Positions 27,384 through 36,059 of a DNA stretch of 64,000 nucleotides are shown in pieces. The notes beneath the pieces were generated by a model. That model saw only the letters and a list, made by a program, of their open reading frames with translations. It made no database searches and was not told where the DNA came from. Numbering within the stretch: position 1 is the stretch's first letter; each line of letters begins with the position of its first letter. A program made the translations under genes and the position numbers. This DNA comes from Candidatus Omnitrophota bacterium (GTDB lineage Bacteria > Omnitrophota > Gorgyraeia > Velamenicoccales > Velamenicoccaceae): NCBI GenBank assembly GCA_003451585.1, contig DMEU01000011.1, positions 29,493 to 93,492 on the forward strand, written 5' to 3'.

Positions 27384-27887
27384 ATGCTAAATTTCGCAAA
27401 TATTCTAAAAAAAATAATTTTTTTGTGTTTTCTTATTTTTATAACTAGCTTGGCTGTGGCTGAAGATGCCAGCGTAACGCTTCCAGGAGACGGTAAGGCC
27501 GTTGCAGAAGCACCTGTTACGGAGGCTCGGGAGGAGGCACAGGATGAAGACAGAATGGATTTCAGGGATCCTTTTAAGACTTGGCTGCCTTCAAAAAAAG
27601 ACAGGGATGTTGTTATTGACAGGTTTGAAGATGGATATGGCGAACCTGCCGGAGATCAAGGCGGAGAAGAATTTGATTATTCCGGCCTGGATGTTACCGG
27701 TATAGTTTGGGGGGAGGCAATGCCAAAAGCTATAATCAATGATGAGGTGTACGGCATAGGAGACCAGGTGAACGAGGCCACCATAATGAATATTAATAAA
27801 GACGGGATCCTGCTAAAATTCAAAGATAAGGAGTATCTGATGAAGAGAGGAAAAGAGAATATTTCAGAAAAAGGAGGGGGAATATGA
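27384..27887 (+). CDS. PilP/GspC-like periplasmic protein
   Basis: Signal peptide and an acidic linker. The C-terminal GIVWGEAMPKAIINDEVYGIGDQVNEATIMNINKDGILL resembles the PilP/GspC HR domain. Confidence 0.45.
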   Translation: MLNFANILKKIIFLCFLIFITSLAVAEDASVTLPGDGKAVAEAPVTEAREEAQDEDRMDFRDPFKTWLPSKKDRDVVIDRFEDGYGEPAGDQGGEEFDYSGLDVTGIVWGEAMPKAIINDEVYGIGDQVNEATIMNINKDGILLKFKDKEYLMKRGKENISEKGGGI

Positions 27888-29398
27888 AGCTTGTTCCTTT
27901 TCGTCTAAAAAGAGGTGTTTTTCCTGTTGCTGGTTTTTTAGCGGCCTATCTTCTTTTCATATCCGTGATATCGGCTTATGATTTTGGTATTAGCGCCGAT
28001 GACCTGATATCAAAAGAGGCATACAGGAAGATCTCCATGGATTTTAAGGATGCCAGCCTGAAAAATGTTCTAAAGATCTTCTCCGAACAGGCCGGATTGA
28101 ATTTTATCGCATCCCAGACTGTCCTGGACAGGACCCTGACATTGTATCTTGACGGCGTTCCTTTGCAGGAGGCCCTGAAAAAGATCATGTCGGCGAATAA
28201 CCTTAAATACGAATTGGAGGCGGGGGGCAGAGTTTTTATCGTTAAAGAATCCGGAAGGCCGGATGTCGACCTTGTTACTAAGATCTACCGCTTGAAATAT
28301 GCACGTTTAAAGTCATCCAGGCTGGAATCCGCCATCGCAAGCGGCGCAGGCGAGGGCGGGGCGGCAGGAGGTGGGGCCGACCAGTCGGGAGGGAATATCG
28401 AAGACGCCGTCAAGGGCGTTATGAGCAGCGCAAGCGGCGCAAATTTTGCCCAGGATGCCCGGACGAACAGCCTTATTATCACAGATGTACCGGAAAGTTT
28501 CGAGGTAATAGAAAAGGTTATCTCCCTGCTCGATCTTCCTGCTCCTCAAGTAATGATAGAGGTTGAAATACTGGATGTCTCAAAAAAGAGCATTGATGAT
28601 ATGGGCGTTACTTTTGCCAGCGATGGGTCTTTGATGTCTTTGGCCGGTTCTTCGGCTGATACCAGGTTCCCTAATTTTTTTGCCGATGGCAAGACCCTTG
28701 ATCCCCCGACTTTTACATACGGAACACTCAGTGCGGCTGTTTTTCAGGCTACACTGAATTTATTAAGGACTGACACAAAGACCAGGTTTTTGGCAAGGCC
28801 GAGGATCCTGACCATGAGCAATGAAACGGCTGATATTAAGATAGAGACAGACGAGGCCATAGGCAAAACAAAAGAGACAAGCGGAGAAGGCTCGGCCTCC
28901 AGCTCTACAGAGAAGGCGGAACGCGCCCCTACGGGGGTCAGCTTGAAGGTGACTCCCCAGGTAGATCTTTCTGGCGGGAACGTCACTATGTTCATTGTGC
29001 CATCTGTTTCTCAAGCCAAGTTTTCTACCATAACTGTTAACGGCGAGGCTGTGAAGGATGTTGAAAAACGCTCTTCCCAGACGACTTTGATGGTGAAAAA
29101 CGGCGAAACCATCGTGGTTGGCGGGCTTATAAGGACGAATGACGAAACTACGGTCAACAAGATACCTGTTCTTGGAGACATTCCGATAATCGGGGCCTTG
29201 TTTAGGCATAAAGATAAGACTGTAGAAGAGAGAGAATTGATAGTCTTTATAACCCCCCATATAATAGGGGGCAATGATGCCGTTGCCTTGGCAAGGGCTG
29301 ACATACCTTCAATGCCTCTGGCCCCTTTTCGCGAGCAGTCATCGCTTATCGCCAGGAAGGAACAGATTGACAATATGTTGGAACGATGGGAAAATTAA
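27884..29398 (+). CDS. pilQ: secretin (PilQ/GspD family)
   Basis: N0/N1-like domain (LKNVLKIFSEQAGLNFI) and a C-terminal secretin domain (KIPVLGDIPIIGALFR...ELIVFITPHI). Confidence 0.88.
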   Translation: MKLVPFRLKRGVFPVAGFLAAYLLFISVISAYDFGISADDLISKEAYRKISMDFKDASLKNVLKIFSEQAGLNFIASQTVLDRTLTLYLDGVPLQEALKKIMSANNLKYELEAGGRVFIVKESGRPDVDLVTKIYRLKYARLKSSRLESAIASGAGEGGAAGGGADQSGGNIEDAVKGVMSSASGANFAQDARTNSLIITDVPESFEVIEKVISLLDLPAPQVMIEVEILDVSKKSIDDMGVTFASDGSLMSLAGSSADTRFPNFFADGKTLDPPTFTYGTLSAAVFQATLNLLRTDTKTRFLARPRILTMSNETADIKIETDEAIGKTKETSGEGSASSSTEKAERAPTGVSLKVTPQVDLSGGNVTMFIVPSVSQAKFSTITVNGEAVKDVEKRSSQTTLMVKNGETIVVGGLIRTNDETTVNKIPVLGDIPIIGALFRHKDKTVEERELIVFITPHIIGGNDAVALARADIPSMPLAPFREQSSLIARKEQIDNMLERWEN

Positions 29399-29432
29399 CG
29401 GCAAACAAGAACTTTAATGTCTTGAGTATATT

Positions 29433-31145
29433 ATGGCGCGCCCATATTTAAAATTAGGCGAGATATTGATCAAAGAAGGCATCATCAGCCAGGCCCAGCT
29501 GGACGATGTAATAAAAGTCCAGGCTAAAGAGGGCGGCCGTCTTGGCGAGATACTTCTTAAAATGGGTGTTGCCACCGAAGAAGACCTTGTCGTAGCGCTT
29601 GGGAAACAGCTCAACCTGCCGTATGTATCGATGGGCGCCGGATTGATCAAGCCGGCCACCGACCAGAACTTAGACCACGTAGTCTCCAAAGAATTCGCCA
29701 TAAAAAATCTTGTCCTTCCTTTGTCAAAGACCATGAACTCTTTGACATGCGCGATTACTGACCCCCTCGATGTAATTCTTATCGATAACTTAAGGAAGAT
29801 GACCAATTGTGAGATAAATCCTGTAATTGCCACTAAGACCGAGATACTTAAGGCCATAGATGAGTTTTACGGAAAGAGGGATATTCTAAAAGCCGCGGTA
29901 AAAGAATCCTATCAAACCACGGATGAATTCGGTCCTGCACTGGAAATAGAGGCGGAAGAATTAAGTATCGACCGCTTGATCGCGCGCGCGGAAGAAGCAC
30001 CTGTAGTAAAGCTGGTAGATCTGGTAATAAAACAGGCCATAGACGAGAGGGCTTCAGATATTCATATTGAACCGTTTAAGGACAAGATCGGCCTTCGGTA
30101 TAGAATAGACGGCGCCCTCCATGAGATACCTCCTCCGGCAAAACACCTGCACCTGCCTATAATATCGAGAATAAAGATCCTATCCAAGATGGATATAGCC
30201 GAAAAGCGCCTGCCTCAAGACGGCGGTTTTACCGTGCGCATTGAAGGCCGGAATATAGATCTGCGTGTTTCAGTCATGCCTACGATCTACGGGGAAAAGA
30301 TCGTTATGAGGATCTTGGATAAAAGCGGCGTAGGCCTGGACCTGGCGCAAATGGGTTTCCTGCCGCAGCAATTGGAGTTGTTCCGCAAGGCCATCCGCAT
30401 GCCTTACGGCCTTATTTTTCTTACAGGGCCTACGGGAAGCGGTAAGTCCACGAGCCTTTACGCCGCTTTAGCCGAGATCAAGAGCCCGACAAAAAATATC
30501 GTTACCGTTGAAGATCCCGTGGAGTATCACATGGAAGGTATAAATCAGGTCCAGATAAAGCCGGAAATAGGCCTGACATTTGCTTCGGCCTTAAGGGCAT
30601 TCTTAAGACAGGACCCGGATATAATGATGGTCGGAGAGGTTAGAGATCTGGAAACTGCGCAGATCTGCGTGCGTTCGGCCTTGACCGGGCATTTGGTCTT
30701 AAGTACTTTGCATACGAATGACGCGTCGTCGGCTGTCACGCGTTTGATAGATATCGGGGTAGAGGCGTATCTCTTGATGCCGTCTTTAGTCTTGATAGTC
30801 GCGCAGCGCCTGGTGCGTAAGTTGTGCTCCGAATGCAAAGAGGCATACGAGCCTATGCAGGAAGAGAGGGACAGGTTTGACCTTGGACAGGATCTTATTT
30901 ACCGCGCCAAGGGATGCGACAAATGCAATCATATAGGTTATCGGGGAAGGGCCTGTATAGGCGAGGTCTTGTTTGTCGACGATGAAATAAGGCAGTATAT
31001 AGTCCCAGGCATAAACGCTCCGAAATTGAAGAAGGTCGCCGTTGAGCGTGGCATGATGACACTTTATGAAAGTGGATTGAAAAAGGTCAGGGATGGCACA
31101 ACATCTTTGGAAGAGGCATTGAGCGCGACCATCGGAGTTGAATAA
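29433..31145 (+). CDS. pilB: type IV pilus/T2SS assembly ATPase (GspE/PilB family) with N-terminal MshEN domain
   Basis: Walker A GPTGSGKST, Asp/His boxes and a tetracysteine motif (CSEC...CDKC). The N-terminus carries tandem RLGxxLL..G..Q motifs. Confidence 0.92.
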   Translation: MARPYLKLGEILIKEGIISQAQLDDVIKVQAKEGGRLGEILLKMGVATEEDLVVALGKQLNLPYVSMGAGLIKPATDQNLDHVVSKEFAIKNLVLPLSKTMNSLTCAITDPLDVILIDNLRKMTNCEINPVIATKTEILKAIDEFYGKRDILKAAVKESYQTTDEFGPALEIEAEELSIDRLIARAEEAPVVKLVDLVIKQAIDERASDIHIEPFKDKIGLRYRIDGALHEIPPPAKHLHLPIISRIKILSKMDIAEKRLPQDGGFTVRIEGRNIDLRVSVMPTIYGEKIVMRILDKSGVGLDLAQMGFLPQQLELFRKAIRMPYGLIFLTGPTGSGKSTSLYAALAEIKSPTKNIVTVEDPVEYHMEGINQVQIKPEIGLTFASALRAFLRQDPDIMMVGEVRDLETAQICVRSALTGHLVLSTLHTNDASSAVTRLIDIGVEAYLLMPSLVLIVAQRLVRKLCSECKEAYEPMQEERDRFDLGQDLIYRAKGCDKCNHIGYRGRACIGEVLFVDDEIRQYIVPGINAPKLKKVAVERGMMTLYESGLKKVRDGTTSLEEALSATIGVE

Positions 31146-32389
31146 TGCCGAAATATTCGTATATCGGACGTAAGTTGAGCGGTGAAAAGGAGACCGGTAT
31201 CATAGAAGGGCCCGGACAGGACGATGTCGTAGCCCAGCTTCAGAAGAAGGGGCTTATCGTTACATCGATCATCCCTTTCGATCTGGGCAAAAAAGAGATG
31301 ATGCCGGCAAAAGAAGGAAAGGCAGCAAAGAGCCAGTTCACCCACAATGGTATAAATGCAGGCGACCTGGTCCTTTTCGCGCGCCAGCTTTCGATGCTTT
31401 TGGGGTCAGGCATAAGCTTGTTGAGGTCTCTTGACGTCATATCAAAACAGGTTGATAGTAAAAAACTCTTCAATATTATCGCCCAGGTGCGGTTGGATAT
31501 GGAAGGCGGCAGGACGCTGCGTGATTCGATAGCAAAATTCCCGGAGGTCTTTTCGCCCTTATGGGTAAATCTCATAGAGACCGGTGAGGCGAGCGGTAAC
31601 CTCCCCATGGTCTTAGATAAGCTCGCGTATTATCTTGAAGAAGCGGAAAATTTCAAACGAAAGATCATCTCGGCGATGATGTATCCGGGTATATTGTGTT
31701 TTATCTCGGTATCGGCAGTCCTCTTTTTCATAATGAAGATCATCCCTACATTTTCGAAAATACTGGATTCTTTCGGCGTTGAATTACCGATGGCTACGAA
31801 GATATTGATAATGTTGAGCGAGGCGTTGACAAAAAGGTTCCTGTGGATCGTAGCAGGGGTTGCCGGCTTGGTCTTTGCGTACAAAAAAATGAGCAAGGTG
31901 TCGAAATTCAACAGGATCATCGAAGACGCGCGTTTTAAAATACCTATCGCCGGCGAATTTTTCAGGTATATGCTGATTGAACGTTTTGCCACCACGATGT
32001 CCATATTGATCGAAAGCGGCGTGCCTATCCTTTATGCGTTAGAGATCTCTGAGCGCAGCGCGGGCTCCATGAAGATGTCTGAGACCATACAGTTCATCAA
32101 AAGGAGCGTCAAGGAAGGGCGCAGTATGGCCGCGCCCATGGAAAAAAGCGATATATTCACCCCTATGGTGGTGCAGATGGTGGCAATAGGCGAAGAGATC
32201 GGTGAATTGTCTAATATGTTAAAAAGGATCGCGAAGTTCTATCAGGAGTATCTGGAGACCTTTGTATCGCGCCTTGCCTCTATTTTCGAACCTTTGATGA
32301 TAGTCTTTATGGGTATTATTATAGGAGGGATGGTCATAGCTATATTTTTGCCGATATTTAATATGGCGGCCATGAAGACATCCGGTTAG
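31145..32389 (+). CDS. pilC: type IV pilus/T2SS platform protein (PilC/GspF family)
   Basis: Two GspF repeats, three TM segments and ~410 aa. ATG overlaps the pilB stop. Confidence 0.9.
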   Translation: MPKYSYIGRKLSGEKETGIIEGPGQDDVVAQLQKKGLIVTSIIPFDLGKKEMMPAKEGKAAKSQFTHNGINAGDLVLFARQLSMLLGSGISLLRSLDVISKQVDSKKLFNIIAQVRLDMEGGRTLRDSIAKFPEVFSPLWVNLIETGEASGNLPMVLDKLAYYLEEAENFKRKIISAMMYPGILCFISVSAVLFFIMKIIPTFSKILDSFGVELPMATKILIMLSEALTKRFLWIVAGVAGLVFAYKKMSKVSKFNRIIEDARFKIPIAGEFFRYMLIERFATTMSILIESGVPILYALEISERSAGSMKMSETIQFIKRSVKEGRSMAAPMEKSDIFTPMVVQMVAIGEEIGELSNMLKRIAKFYQEYLETFVSRLASIFEPLMIVFMGIIIGGMVIAIFLPIFNMAAMKTSG

Positions 32390-32418
32390 TTGACTTAACT
32401 AATGTAATATGATATATT
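32390..32418 (+). promoter_or_regulatory. sigma70-type promoter for the major pilin gene
   Basis: TTGACT (32390-32395), 17-nt spacer, TATATT (32413-32418), then a ~95-nt leader ending in an AAGGAGGGGG Shine-Dalgarno sequence. Confidence 0.6.
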
Positions 32419-32517
32419 TATAATAAAGGAGGTGGTGTTTTAATTATTGAGGCATCATATTAAAATATATAAATAAGAGTAAGAAAAAATAAAACAACCA
32501 ATAATAAGGAGGGGGAA

Positions 32518-32922
32518 ATGAGAAATAAGAAAGGTTTCACGCTGCTTGAACTTATTATCGTGGTAATCGTAATAGGTATCTTAGCTTCCATCGCTCTGCC
32601 TAGGTATTTGAAGATCGCGGAAAAAGGCAGGGTCGCGGAAGGTAAGTCCCTTTTGGGCGCCATCAGGAGCGCGCAGATGAGGTATTCCGCAGAAAAAGGC
32701 GCGTTCGCAACTACTACAGGTGACTTGGATTTGAACATGCAGACGGCAAGGTATTTTACCATGTCAGTTCCTAGCTCTGGCGGTTCAGTATCTGTTGAGA
32801 CGACCGTTGTTGCAACAGCCACAAGAAACACCGTTGATAACCCTTCGCCGGGATGTATATATAATATCACCCAGGCAGGTGTTATGTCGAACAACACAGC
32901 CGCTTGCGGAGGCTTTTTATAA
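32518..32922 (+). CDS. type IV pilin (probable major pilin), prepilin-type N-terminal methylation domain
   Basis: MRNKKG|FTLLELIIVVIVIGILASIALPRY class III signal with Glu+5, two C-terminal Cys, and its own promoter and terminator. Confidence 0.88.
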   Translation: MRNKKGFTLLELIIVVIVIGILASIALPRYLKIAEKGRVAEGKSLLGAIRSAQMRYSAEKGAFATTTGDLDLNMQTARYFTMSVPSSGGSVSVETTVVATATRNTVDNPSPGCIYNITQAGVMSNNTAACGGFL

Positions 32923-32941
32923 TTTTTCGCAAGAATACTAT

Positions 32942-32997
32942 TGCCCTGGCAAGCGCCTTTTGAATACATTCAGGTTTTTGCCAGGGCATTTTGGTTT
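32942..32997 (+). terminator. intrinsic terminator after the major pilin gene
   Basis: tgccctggcaa (32942-32952) pairs with ttgccagggca (32978-32988), followed by ttttggttt. Confidence 0.65.
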
Positions 32998-33009
32998 GTG
33001 TAGAATCTT

Positions 33010-34005
33010 ATGATAAGGTTAGCATGCGTCTTGACGACTGAATGCAATTTGAGGTGCTTGCATTGTTTAAGGGACAATGCAGCAGCGAGTCATTTGCCGC
33101 TTGAGATCGTAAGCAAGGCTGTGGCAGGGGCAAAAAAATTTGATCTAGAGTATGTTCATTTGACCGGCGGAGAGCCTTTTCTGTATCATCATTTGCCGGA
33201 ACTTTTTGAATTACTCAAACAGAGTAATGTCCAGGCGACTTTTTCATCTAATGGCCTGCTCTTTGAAAAAAGATCCGAACTGATAACTAAATATAAAAAA
33301 GTCATCAGATTCATTAATATAAGCCTTGACGGTCCTTGTGCGGATATCCATGATGCCACCAGAGGAAAAGGGGCTTTTGGCGCGCTCATGGAGTCTTTTA
33401 AATTTTCAAGAGCGCATAAACTCCCTTTTGGCGTTACCTGTTGTTTAAACAGGTTCAATCTCAGCCACGCGCCGGACATCGTCAAATTCGCCAGGCGGCA
33501 AGGCGCTAAACACATTAATTTTTCTACCGTCCTGCCCTGCAGGAATGCCGAAGAGAACGGCCTTGTCTTAGATGAGGCCCAGAGGAAAAAGGCGTATGGT
33601 GAATTGCGACGTCTAGCCTATGTCTCTTCCATGGATTTTTTCAGGTTATTTTATGTGCCTGTCTTTATAAGCGAGCCCGTGTACGCTTCAAGCAATATAG
33701 TCATGTGCGCCAATCAGTCGTTGCGTACGGTGACTGTCGATGTGGATGGAAGCCTGCACTTTTGTTGTTTTCTTACTGTTTATGACGTGGACAAGGAAGT
33801 TGAAAAAGGGTTGAAGGTAGCAAATCTTTGCGATGTTGATTTTGAAGAAGGGCTTAAATGTTTCGCGGATATGATACATAGTTTTATCCGCGGGCGGATG
33901 GATGATTATCAAGGCGGTTCTTTTGATAAACAGGGTATGGATTTTAACAGCTGTTTTTATTGCAATAAAAAATTGGGCATAGCCTTAAAGGTAGGGCCGT
34001 TATGA
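33010..34005 (+). CDS. radical SAM enzyme with SPASM/twitch-like C-terminal Cys-rich domain
   Basis: C12-x3-C16-x2-C19 (CNLRCLHC), GGEP motif, C-terminal C-x13-G-x4-C (CANQ...DGSLHFC) and a CxxC (CFYC). The stop overlaps the start of the next pilin (ATGA). Confidence 0.85.
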   Translation: MIRLACVLTTECNLRCLHCLRDNAAASHLPLEIVSKAVAGAKKFDLEYVHLTGGEPFLYHHLPELFELLKQSNVQATFSSNGLLFEKRSELITKYKKVIRFINISLDGPCADIHDATRGKGAFGALMESFKFSRAHKLPFGVTCCLNRFNLSHAPDIVKFARRQGAKHINFSTVLPCRNAEENGLVLDEAQRKKAYGELRRLAYVSSMDFFRLFYVPVFISEPVYASSNIVMCANQSLRTVTVDVDGSLHFCCFLTVYDVDKEVEKGLKVANLCDVDFEEGLKCFADMIHSFIRGRMDDYQGGSFDKQGMDFNSCFYCNKKLGIALKVGPL

Positions 34006-34400
34006 ACAAAAAGGGTTTTTCTCTGATCGAGGTCATAGTGGTCGTGATCATCATTGGCATCCTGGCAAGGATAAGCATACCTCGTTATATCCGCCTGGTC
34101 GAGAAAGGCAGGTCAGCGGAGGCGCGTAATATTTTAGGGCATATACGTTCGGCACAAATGGCTTATCAGCTTGAGAATGGTTATTATACCAATACCCTTG
34201 GTAATTTACAGGTTGCGGCACCTACGGCTTGTAACGCGACTTTTTATTTTAGTTACGCGTTGGCGAACGGCAGCGGGACTTTTACGGCTACAGCAAACAG
34301 GTGTACTGGGGGTGCAGGGAAATCACCCACTGGTTCGGCAGCATTCAGCTTATCTATTAACCAGGGCGGGACGCTAAGCGGTACGGCCGGTTATCTGTGA
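34002..34400 (+). CDS. type IV pilin paralog
   Basis: MNKKG|FSLIEVIVVVIIIGILARISIPRY. It is a paralog of the pilin at 32518 through the alpha-1 helix and has two Cys (C-x23-C). Confidence 0.88.
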   Translation: MNKKGFSLIEVIVVVIIIGILARISIPRYIRLVEKGRSAEARNILGHIRSAQMAYQLENGYYTNTLGNLQVAAPTACNATFYFSYALANGSGTFTATANRCTGGAGKSPTGSAAFSLSINQGGTLSGTAGYL

Positions 34401-34406
34401 GGTTTC

Positions 34407-34817
34407 ATGAAGAAACTAATTCGCGCGATAGATGATCTTTCGGGTTTTACCCTGATCGAATTGGTTGTGGTGGTCATTATTATGAGCATCCTTGTCGCGT
34501 TAGCCGTACCGACTTATACCAATACCAAGGAGAAGGCGTTGGATAAAGAGGCTGTAATGGCGTTAAAGCTTATACGGTCTGCCAGTAAACAGTACTTTGC
34601 GAAATTTGAGCATTTTTATCCATATACCGGCTCAATCACTTCTTTGTCTAATATAAATAACAACCTTAGCCTGGATCTGAGCGGCTCGAATTGGGGGTTT
34701 GCTCTTAGCGGCACAGGAACGGCCTTTACGGCGAACGCAACCAGGACAGGCAGTACAAGAAGGTGGACAATAAATCAGGCCGCGTCGGAGCCGTCGTGTG
34801 TTACAGCCTGTCTGTGA
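34407..34817 (+). CDS. type IV pilin-like protein
   Basis: ...DDLSG|FTLIELVVVVIIMSILVALAVPTY, with a C-terminal CVTAC. Confidence 0.85.
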   Translation: MKKLIRAIDDLSGFTLIELVVVVIIMSILVALAVPTYTNTKEKALDKEAVMALKLIRSASKQYFAKFEHFYPYTGSITSLSNINNNLSLDLSGSNWGFALSGTGTAFTANATRTGSTRRWTINQAASEPSCVTACL

Positions 34818-34831
34818 TCTCTAAAGATGAT

Positions 34832-35206
34832 ATGAGAACCAGAGGTTTTACTTTGGTTGAGGTAATGGTGGCCGCGATCATCCTGGCCCTTTTGGCAGCC
34901 GGGCTCTTTAGTGTTTTCGCTTCTGCCAGGAACCTGGTTTCCCGTTCTAAAAGAAGGCTTGTGGCAACTGAGATAGCTAAAGCCGAGATCGAGAAAAACA
35001 AGCAGCATATCAGGGCGGACAGATGGGATAATGTTTCATATCCTGCTGTTTATCCGGCTAATGGAGTCTGGCGTTCCTGCGCCTCGGCCGCGTATACATA
35101 CCAGGGCATTACTTATAATGTTGATTGCCGCGTAGACCCCGGTCCGACAGCCGATTCTTACAGAAAAGTAACTGTTCGCGTGAGGTGGAATGAACCTACG
35201 ATCTAG
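34832..35206 (+). CDS. minor pilin/pseudopilin (PilV/GspI-like)
   Basis: MRTRG|FTLVEVMVAAIILALLAAG. The in-frame ATG at 34832 gives a canonical prepilin leader; the ORF start at 34763 overlaps the previous gene. Confidence 0.8.
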   Translation: MRTRGFTLVEVMVAAIILALLAAGLFSVFASARNLVSRSKRRLVATEIAKAEIEKNKQHIRADRWDNVSYPAVYPANGVWRSCASAAYTYQGITYNVDCRVDPGPTADSYRKVTVRVRWNEPTI

Positions 35207-35723
35207 CAATGATGGTGTTACTTTAATAGAACTTATCCTTGCGATGGTCTTAGTCGGTGCCATCATCATGACCGGCCTGTCTATGGAGCTTGGCCTCAGG
35301 CGTATTTATTCATCGACTGATTTTGAAGTGCATTTGTTGGATGAGGCAGCTCCGATAATGGCGATGGTGACCAAGGATATAAACAGGGGCGTCGGAGCGG
35401 TAGCAACGGCTCAATCCCCGTTTAGCGGGACTTATAGGATATATTATGATTCCAATTTTAACGGTATGCGGGATGCGGCAGATACTGCTGTTGAGTATCA
35501 GTATAATAGCGCCACATATAATCTTAATTACAGGCGCACTTTGAGCGGGCCGTGGCAGCTTTTATCGGATAAGGTCACCAGTTTTAGCATAGCTGCTCCG
35601 GTCAACGGCGTTTCCACATTTTCTATCAGCCTTAAAAGATCCCCGTCTTTAGGCACAGGTTATACTAATCCGCAGATAGCCGTAACTTCAAGCGCGCAGT
35701 ACAGGGGATATTCTATAAATTGA
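35190..35723 (+). CDS. minor pilin/pseudopilin (PilW/GspJ-like)
   Basis: ...SNDG|VTLIELILAMVLVGAIIMTG prepilin-type N-terminus. Confidence 0.75.
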   Translation: MNLRSSNDGVTLIELILAMVLVGAIIMTGLSMELGLRRIYSSTDFEVHLLDEAAPIMAMVTKDINRGVGAVATAQSPFSGTYRIYYDSNFNGMRDAADTAVEYQYNSATYNLNYRRTLSGPWQLLSDKVTSFSIAAPVNGVSTFSISLKRSPSLGTGYTNPQIAVTSSAQYRGYSIN

Positions 35724-35855
35724 TGGGGGATGATGCGCGAAGCGCAAAAATCATCCCCAAGGGGTGATAGCGAAGACTTTGCGACGAATAGGAGTAAAGT
35801 CGCAGCGCAAGAGGGGCGTAAGCCCCTATTGATCAGGGGTTTGGGGATGATTTTC

Positions 35856-35928
35856 GGGGCAGTAGCTCAGCTGGGAGAGCATCACGTTCGCAACGTGGGG
35901 GTCGTGGGTTCGAATCCCATCTGCTCCA
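35856..35928 (+). tRNA. tRNA-Ala (anticodon CGC)
   Basis: Hand-folded cloverleaf: acceptor GGGGCAG/CTGCTCC with a G3:U70 pair, D arm GCTC/GAGC, anticodon loop TTCGCAA, T arm GTGGG-TTCGAAT-CCCAT. No CCA is encoded. Confidence 0.9.
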
Positions 35929-36041
35929 CTGATTTTTTTAAGAAGACAAGCTGGGATTCGAAGCCGACCCGAGCGCCACTGGTTCAAGCGAGGGCGGCCG
36001 GCCACGAAGGAGCCCCGACGGATGTCGGGGCGGGTGAGTGG

Positions 36042-36059
36042 GAATCCCATCTGCTCCAC
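36042..36059 (+). repeat. 18-bp direct repeat of the tRNA-Ala 3' end (35912-35929)
   Basis: gaatcccatctgctccac is identical at both sites. Here it is followed by 'cacc', and the intervening 112 bp are visibly GC-rich. Confidence 0.85.
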
